Shown here: in pieces, positions 33,521 through 40,614 of the stretch
Layout: each line of letters starts with the position of its first letter
Position numbering within the stretch: the first letter of the stretch is position 1
Origin: Dimargaris cristalligena
Lineage: Eukaryota
Length of the DNA: 40,614 bases
NCBI GenBank assembly: GCA_003614675.1
Contig: ML002337.1
Coordinates: 1-40,614, forward strand
Reading direction: 5' to 3'
The notes under the pieces: model-generated
Told to the model about the DNA's origin: nothing
Databases searched by the model: none
Seen by the model: the letters and a program-made list of their open reading frames with translations, nothing else
Made by a program: the position numbers and the translations under genes

Positions 33521-34362
33521 GGCGGATGATGGGGTGGCGGAGTAGACAGTAAAGCACTTAGGTAGATAGGGAAGGAAGAAAAGTCGGAAGGAAAAGGAGA
33601 AGCAGAGGGGCTTAATTAGAATAATTCAAAAGCGAGAAGGACACTTGTTATTAAACAGGGCACCTGGACTGGGGAGGGGGAGAGATAAAGACCCAAAAGA
33701 GAAGCGTGTATATCACCAAAGTATACAGGGGAGGAACAACACGGCCAGAGAAGGAGGACGACGGTACCACAAGAGTCCTCCACAAGCGGGGAGCAGCAGC
33801 GGGCTTATACGCAAAAACCAGGCAGAACAAGTCAAGAGAAGACAAGACAGGAAAGTAAAGTAATGGCTATACAAAAGGAAAGGAAAGGGCTCTAATCGAA
33901 TTAAGCGGTGGAGCGGGGTCCAAAACCAGTGACGGCCACTAATACTATACTATACTATACTAAGGAATGGGCTAAGCCAAAACATCTATATACCTATGGC
34001 CATAGAGAAGAGAACAAAGCGAGAGAGAGCCTCAGTCAATCCGAATTTGGGAATGGGCTACACTGTCCAATCATCGCCCGTCTCCTGCACTAGTCCGCTT
34101 GGCTACAGTGAACGGGGGGCAATCTCCCGCCTATGCCATACCTCGCACCCCTGGCCAACAACAACATTGTGCTCCTACATCATTCCGTTCCATGGCCATC
34201 AATCGAATAGCAAAGTGGTGAAAAAGGTGGCTGTCCGTTTTTATTGGGCCCGTATCAGCTATTATTCTAACGAGCTCCTTGCCTGCCATTCCCCCTTCCT
34301 TTAGAGAAAACAATCGCATTAAAGAACAACAACATACACGGGCGGGTGAATAGAAGAGGGGG

Positions 34363-36030
34363 CTAGTCCGACTCTTCTCCACTGTTGTTGTCGTCGAGAG
34401 GCGAGCGGGACATAAGCACTTCTACCATCTTGGCCGCGAACTCCTGCCGCCGTTCCATATCCATACCCTCCGCTTGGGCTATTCGTTGTACACGCCAAAC
34501 GTGGACCCATCAAGTGAGACATATATTCAATTAAGGTGCGATTAAAGGGGTTAGCTTTGGTTTCGAGACCCTTGGCATCCCATATCGGCCACCGGCTATT
34601 ATAGTCACTGGTGCACGACTATCGCGCTAAAGTCCACCTTCGGAAATGAATCCATTTAACTTACTTCGCAAATCCTTGAGTCGGGCCAATACTTGTTCCA
34701 TATCGCTGCTGCCACCATCTAGTAGATCCCCCAGGGCATCCATGGCATTGAGTGGCCGTCGGGTTTCCCAAGGCTCTGGCTGCAAGGGATTGGCATTCGC
34801 TGTATTGCATTCACCATGGGTTGATACGGGGATTGCCCAAATTGACAGTTCAATAGAATGCCGGATATAAAAACGGGTTCAATTAATGGCAGTATCAAGA
34901 TTATACCCATCATTAGGGTAAGTAGCATGCCTCGTGTGGCCCAAAATATCAATCCTTCAAGGCTCCCCACACATACATACATACACACATATATATATAT
35001 ATATATCAAAGAGATAGCAAGGTCTTACTAATTTGGCCTACTGTACCTGATGCCGACGGGTCGCCGGCTGACGCGCGCGCGGTCGTCGAGGCTGGGGGCG
35101 CATACTTCTTGACCATGGTCGCCCAAGTATGGGATTGAAGGGCCTCGATTACTCGGCCAATACCATCGTCCGCGTAGGCTACGGCTGAAAATCGGCAGGG
35201 GTTGCATTGCCATTAAATTCACAGATATCACATACGGAGGAGGGGGGCATGTTAGATCGGGCCAGGTAAGCTTTGGGTTAGCAATCTAGTACAATAGAAG
35301 CCAGTTACAGTATAGCTTTTCCTCGTAAAGGCTGGGTTAATCAAGTCGTGATTAGGTGTCAAGGAGACTCGGACTTACCGGTATGGATAGATGGTAACTC
35401 AGGAACGGCCACTAATTCAAAGCCATTTTCAATGCACCAATCCTCGTAGGCCTCCAGATCGGGTTCGGCTGGGGGCACCTCCCCATGCGACTGGAAATCC
35501 CCGAAAGAGTCGACATCGTTGAGTCCCGCCGATTCTTGAGTGAGTGGGTCGACGGTAACCGCCAGCGCCAGGCACACGGAAATATCGTGGCGCTGACAAA
35601 ATGCGGCCCAGGGCTTCAGTGCGTCGAATGTATCAGGTCGCCGGGGGTCGAATACGTAGATAAACCCATCCACGACGTCGCCCACTTGGTCAAACTCGGT
35701 TATAATGTGGACCAGCGCCGGGATTGCCTGGTCATTATTATCGGAGTCGGCTTGAGCATCGCCGCGGTTCGTGTCTCTAAGGGCGGAGGAAGCGGCTCCA
35801 CCCGTAGGTAAGGGCACGGTATCAAGCCAAAAGTCGACTTGGGCAGTGTAGTATTTGGTGTTCATCCACCAGGGTACGACCAGCAGCTCCTCGGGGAGGG
35901 ACGATGGCTCATCCGTGGATGACTGCTCGGCTGAGGGGCCAGAGACATTCGGCGACGATTGGACGATCCATTCAACGATGGCCTGCTTGGGAACACCCGG
36001 GGGACCGAGTACTAGGATTTTGTCGCGCAT
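34363..36030 (-). CDS. AAGAB/p34/Irc6-family adaptin-binding assembly chaperone, ~352 aa, 4 exons
   Basis: Exons 36030-35379, 35184-35029, 34799-34665 and 34478-34363, all with phase-1 GT-AG introns. Motifs KILVLG, WWMNTKYYTAQVDFWLD, DGFIYVFD, EDWCIENGFELV, GIGRVIEALQSHTW and the C-terminal MEQVLARLKDLR..ERRQEFAAKMV. Confidence 0.9.
34968..35006. repeat. (CATA)n/(TA)n microsatellite inside intron 2 of the AAGAB-like gene
   Basis: cacacatacatacatacacacatatatatatatatatat read directly from the sequence. Confidence 0.85.
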
Positions 36031-37019
36031 GGCCGGGTGAAGGATCGGGGATTCAATGAGTGACTCCGAAAGGAATGAGGATAATAAGGCCAATTGGAGC
36101 ACCCCCGCTTCACTTAGGGCGGGCGCTGGGCGTGAATGGGGTGCTCAGGGTATAATTTTGTTTATGCCCCTCCCTTTCCCACCTCTTATTTCCCGGCGCA
36201 CCAGTGTGGTTGATTGTGCAGTGTTATCCAATACCAGATGGCCCACGTGTAAATATGCATCTGCTATTGATAGGGGGAGCACAGGCCAGTCCCACTCCCG
36301 AATGCGCACTTTATATCCTATCTATAAAAATTTGTATATATTTATATGTGAGATTACTGGCATTTCTCTGTCGCACTTCCGCGCCAGCACTCAGTTGTAC
36401 CGTACGGCCATGCCCGGTTTATAGGGGCAACTGCTGGCACAAAAACAGAGACACAGCGGGCTCCGAATAGGCCGCTATCACAGGCTATGCACCAGTTTCC
36501 TTATTCATGGCATCAGCCGAAAAGCGTCGGATACACAGAGAGATGGGAGCGGATTAAGCAAAGCTACTTGTATGAGGGTGCCCACCCGCGTCAACGAGCC
36601 GGTCAAAAAGGCAAAAAGTGGCATTAGCCTTTCGAAGGAGGCAGACCAAACCGGGGGTGTCCGCCCAATTACCGTGGCAGTGCAATCCCCACCTCCTCTC
36701 TTGGCCGCGCGAATGCCATGAATACGATAGTACGGGGGCGGTGGGATTGATAGCCGGCGGCCACGATAAACAGGGGAGGGCTGTATCTTCTGGGCGCGAT
36801 CGATTAACCAAAGACTTGCGCAGTGTGTGAACGGGCCCAGACTGATCGGGGGAGGCAGCCGCGCTATTTCCAAGCCAACTGCTAAATACCTGCTCGATTA
36901 CACCATGGGCGACTCGACATGTAGAGTGCCACCTTAGCCAGCTGAACGGGTAAATTTCCCCTTTCGTTGATGTCAACAAGGGCCTGATTTCCCCCTCCCC
37001 CAGTCAGCACCCTTCTGCC

Positions 37020-37507
37020 TATAAAGATACCCCCATTTCCCCGGATTCGCTTCAACCGGATCAAACCACCTGGTGTATGTCTCTTTGGTTCGATAATTCC
37101 GTCTGCATTGGTATTCATTCATTCATTTGTTTGTTTGTTTGATTTTGTTTGTCACGCTCAACCGTTGATTTTATATTCACGCTATACGGTAAGTCTAGCT
37201 AGCTCCTCGGGCTGATTGCTGCTTCGGTCCATCTCCTATCGGGTTGGTTTTCCAAGGAAGGTGTAGTAGACTTCGTCAGACTGATTGTGGTTGAAATCCC
37301 TTCAAAACTCTACTCCGGTCCATTGTCCCGCCCCTTCGTATCAACCGGCGTCTACACTGCGCCAATCCATCGTGACTCATCCCTTGCTAACCCGTCAGTT
37401 TATGGTTTACGATTACCTCCTAGTCGATCGCCTCCGATACATACTCCGAGATTGGATTTCAGTCCGTAAATAGCCCCCCCAGCCCCATTCACATCCCCAT
37501 TCGCATC
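37020..37507 (+). promoter_or_regulatory. Probable promoter and spliced 5' leader of the WOPR gene, containing a 23-codon uORF
   Basis: TATAAA 37020-25, GTAAGT donor 37189, GCTAAC branch 37386-91 and CAG acceptor 37396-98. uORF from ATG 37402 to TAG 37473. Confidence 0.5.
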
Positions 37508-40255
37508 ATGAGCACCACCCCCAACAACCCCGGCCGCAACAGCTGGGAGACTTTCTACGGCTTCATCGAAAACTCCAAGGATGCCCTACTCTTGTTTCAG
37601 GCCTGCCGGTTGAATCTTCTCCCGCGCGCCAGCCGTCGGTATACCGAGAGTGAACGCAACCACATTCGGTCGGGCACCGTGGTGGTTTATGACGAAGCCC
37701 AGAGCGGCATCAAGCGTTGGACCGACGGTAAGATTTGGTCGCCCTCCCGGATCATGGGCAACTTCCTGATTTACCGGGAACTAAAGGATAAGATCCCACC
37801 TAGCCAGGCCAAGCACTACGAGCAGCCCAAGGCCGACTGCCACACTACCTTGTCCATTCAGCCGCCCTTGGCCAACGAGGAGCCGGCTGGGGCGTACGAC
37901 CACGATGCCAATCATGGACCCCCGGCCGGGCCGACGAACAGTGCCCGTTACTCATCCCAGGGCCCGTATAACCAACCCCACCCGCAGCAGTTGAACAGGA
38001 TGGGCGCTGAGATGGCGAGATATAACCACGGTCCACTGGGGTTGGGCGGCGAAACCCCTGGTGAGGAGGCATTGTCGGACCCCAACGCCATCCACCCGCT
38101 GGATGCCACGGATAGTCGATTGGTATCGCCCGTCGGCCAAAAACCCCTGCCCAAGCACCCCAACAGCCACCTGTATATCGGCACCAAGGGCATTTTCTTC
38201 ATTAAGAACTCCGGCCTGGTCAAAAAGACCATGTCGCTCAATGTCGATGGGACTACTTTCCATTTGGTCTGTTATTATCTGGAGAATACACCCGACGGTC
38301 ACCCCACGGATATGCAAACCCCGCGGGACGTGTTCGAAGTGCGCGACTTGAATTTTACCCCCGATATCCTCAACAATCAGCACTTTCGGCGTTCCGTACA
38401 GTGTGTCCAGGATGACGACGTCGTGGTGGATCTGCTGGAAACCACCGAGGAGACTCAAAAAACAGGTGCTTACTCCACCACCCGAGTGACCTACCCCACG
38501 CTCACCAACGGGGCCCACGCCGACATGGTGACTCCCCTGCTCCAAAACGCCCACTATCATACGCATCCCTCCCACCACCCCAGTTACACCCTAGCGCAAC
38601 CCTACCCGCCCCCAATCGCCCCCGGACTCCATCTGCCGTTCCAGCCCACCGGCCTGTGGAACTCTGTTTACCCCGCCCACCACTCGGTAGCCAACTACCC
38701 GCAGCCGGACCAGTTGCCGTCCCCCGTCTCGCCGTTGGGGACCCTGTTCCCCCACCACGGAATGGAACCGGCCTACCGTGACCATACCATGGCGATACCG
38801 GCCGCTCAGCAGGGTATGGTACTGCCCCATCCCCATGCGACCTGGATGTCGGCTAGGGCCAATGCTGCAGCAACCGCCGTATCCGCCTCGGCCTCCACGA
38901 CACTACTGGCAACCCACGATGGAGGTTCCGTAATGAGATACACCCCGTCCATTCCCCTAAAGTACGATACCCTGGCCGGTATGGTGAACGCCAATGCCGA
39001 ACAAAACGGAGTGGGCGGAATGGACCACCGCCACCGCCACGACATCCTCCATCTAAACCAGGACGAAGATCGACATGCCCTGGCCGCAGGGGAGAGTAAT
39101 GGTCCCAACTGGGCCCTTCTATCCGATAGTTCATCTTACCTATCGGTCCCCACAGGGTCAGACCAAGAGACCAAGCACCCCCCGGGGACTCTGAATGATG
39201 ATGCCTACCACATCGACCCCTCGTCGGCCCATCTCTACCCGATGATGGCCGATGGTACTGTGCCCTCAGGATCGGGATCCAGCTCCCTTCACGACCAGGG
39301 GCACGGTCACGGTCACAGCCACAGTTACCCCCACTCCTCCTCCTTTCCCCTGTGGGCCCAGGCAGCGCATCCGTTTGCCAACGACCCGGTAGCCCGGGCG
39401 ACGGCTCTGGGCAATTATAACGACTATACCACGTTTTCAACCGGCGGAGACGCGGCTGACTCTATGGCAACGTTCCACCATTTACTGTCCCCTTCGATAG
39501 ATTCGTCGGGTGGAAAAGGAGGTGGTGCTGGTACGGGCGGAGGCGGTGGGGTGGAGGGAGGCGGGGCTTCATTGGCCTACTCGGTACCGCCCCGAGATTC
39601 CCGATTCCCGGATGAGGGCCAGCGGGGTTTCCATGATGCGATTTACAACCCGACCGGTGGGGTAGTCGGCCTCGAGTCAGCTGCGACCGAGCCATTAAGG
39701 GATGACTTGGAATCCCTCGTCAATTATCCGGCGTACGATCCAACTGGGGATCCCTCTCCAGTCCCAGTCCTAGTATCTGGGTCCGAATCGACCCCGACTT
39801 CAACCATGCTTAAATATGAAGCTGGCGAGCGGGGTTCCCTGGCTTGGCTTTCGGTGCCCCCTCCCGATTACTCGGAGATGATGGTACCCTCCGCCTATCA
39901 GCAGTACTCCACGGATCGATTGGCCTCCCTATTGCCCATGTCTGGCCCGGCAATGGATGACGGAATTTCTGCCACTGTCGTCCCTGCAACGGTCCCCCCC
40001 GCCCACCACCAGGACAGCTATACTTTCGAAAATCGCCGAAGTCCCTCCACTAACCCGGGACTGCCCCATTATCTGGCAGTTACGGCATCACAACAGGACC
40101 TGCCGGAGAATGCCATTCTGAGTACATTCAATTCGTTCTCCACGGTGGCCACTGAGCCGCGTGAATCAATGCCCTACAAGCGATCTCGGTCAATTGAACC
40201 ATCGCCACCCGAACAGGGACCCGCCAAACGCCACCAGGAATCTTTAGCTAGCTGA
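37508..40255 (+). CDS. Gti1/Pac2 (WOPR-family) transcription factor, 915 aa
   Basis: WOPRa segment ETFYGFIENSKDALLLFQAC...RRYTESER..IRSGTVVVYDE..SGIKRWTDGKIWSPSRIMGNFLIYREL and WOPRb segment GLVKKTMSL...FHLVCYY. A long His/Pro/Gly-rich disordered C-terminus ends in a basic NLS-like motif (YKRSR...PAKRH). Confidence 0.95.
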   Translation: MSTTPNNPGRNSWETFYGFIENSKDALLLFQACRLNLLPRASRRYTESERNHIRSGTVVVYDEAQSGIKRWTDGKIWSPSRIMGNFLIYRELKDKIPPSQAKHYEQPKADCHTTLSIQPPLANEEPAGAYDHDANHGPPAGPTNSARYSSQGPYNQPHPQQLNRMGAEMARYNHGPLGLGGETPGEEALSDPNAIHPLDATDSRLVSPVGQKPLPKHPNSHLYIGTKGIFFIKNSGLVKKTMSLNVDGTTFHLVCYYLENTPDGHPTDMQTPRDVFEVRDLNFTPDILNNQHFRRSVQCVQDDDVVVDLLETTEETQKTGAYSTTRVTYPTLTNGAHADMVTPLLQNAHYHTHPSHHPSYTLAQPYPPPIAPGLHLPFQPTGLWNSVYPAHHSVANYPQPDQLPSPVSPLGTLFPHHGMEPAYRDHTMAIPAAQQGMVLPHPHATWMSARANAAATAVSASASTTLLATHDGGSVMRYTPSIPLKYDTLAGMVNANAEQNGVGGMDHRHRHDILHLNQDEDRHALAAGESNGPNWALLSDSSSYLSVPTGSDQETKHPPGTLNDDAYHIDPSSAHLYPMMADGTVPSGSGSSSLHDQGHGHGHSHSYPHSSSFPLWAQAAHPFANDPVARATALGNYNDYTTFSTGGDAADSMATFHHLLSPSIDSSGGKGGGAGTGGGGGVEGGGASLAYSVPPRDSRFPDEGQRGFHDAIYNPTGGVVGLESAATEPLRDDLESLVNYPAYDPTGDPSPVPVLVSGSESTPTSTMLKYEAGERGSLAWLSVPPPDYSEMMVPSAYQQYSTDRLASLLPMSGPAMDDGISATVVPATVPPAHHQDSYTFENRRSPSTNPGLPHYLAVTASQQDLPENAILSTFNSFSTVATEPRESMPYKRSRSIEPSPPEQGPAKRHQESLAS

Positions 40256-40614
40256 CACTTGGGATAAGGGTATTGTTTGGAATAAGGTTCCGAGTAGGGT
40301 TATTTATTTTTTTGGAGGGATAGTGGGGGATCTTTAATAGTAAATGATGCCGGTGGCAATCGCTTTTTACGTGGCGTGGGTTTAGGCCAACAATATAGTT
40401 CGCATATAAATACAATCTTAATTATTCAAATAAAGCCAAAGTATTATTTTTAAAAGCAAAACAAAATCGACGGAATGATGCCAATGGTGGGCCAGTTTTA
40501 GGCTGCATGGGCTAATTATAACGAGGTGTTTTGGTCATGGCTGGAGGCCTCCATCGGAGTTGCTTCATCGCTGGGCACTTGGGTTTGCCGAAGCAGGCGA
40601 ATAAATTGACTATT

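Noticed and set aside
37402-37473. uORF peptide resembles the arginine attenuator peptide (DYL..D.L)
   Set aside because: The spacing differs, the conserved HxW residues are missing, and the downstream gene is not a carbamoyl-phosphate synthase. Treated as coincidence.
37845-39695. Antisense ORFs up to 208 aa within the WOPR gene, and similar ones in the SET1, cyclin, F-box, FOL1 and glucoamylase genes
   Set aside because: Fully overlap well-supported genes, mostly have non-ATG starts, and show no recognisable domains.

Overview
Gene-dense stretch of a eukaryotic nuclear genome with GT-AG spliceosomal introns and the standard code. It is fungal (FOL1 fusion, WOPR factor, Rax1, Cnl2/Nkp2). 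The CABLES-type cyclin suggests an early-diverging, non-Dikarya lineage (inference). Twelve intact protein genes are supported. Eight have intronless coding regions: a PPR-like protein, SET1, a CABLES-like cyclin, an F-box/LRR protein, FOL1, a GH15 glucoamylase, RAX1 and a Gti1/Pac2 (WOPR) factor. Four are intron-rich and were rebuilt by hand from splice sites: PTRHD1-like, NSE1, Cnl2/Nkp2-like and AAGAB/Irc6-like. The apparently empty ~7 kb between the glucoamylase and RAX1 holds the most interesting signals. One is a decayed multi-exon gene for a multi-OB-fold protein (Cdc24-OB/RPA70-like) with in-frame stops and a frameshifted splice junction. The other is a ~95-nt sequence that folds into a clean four-way junction with a cUUCGg loop and H/ACA-like flanking boxes, which I cannot assign to a known RNA. 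The WOPR gene leader also has a candidate intron and a 23-codon uORF. Family assignments come from motif recognition only; no searches or folding programs were run.
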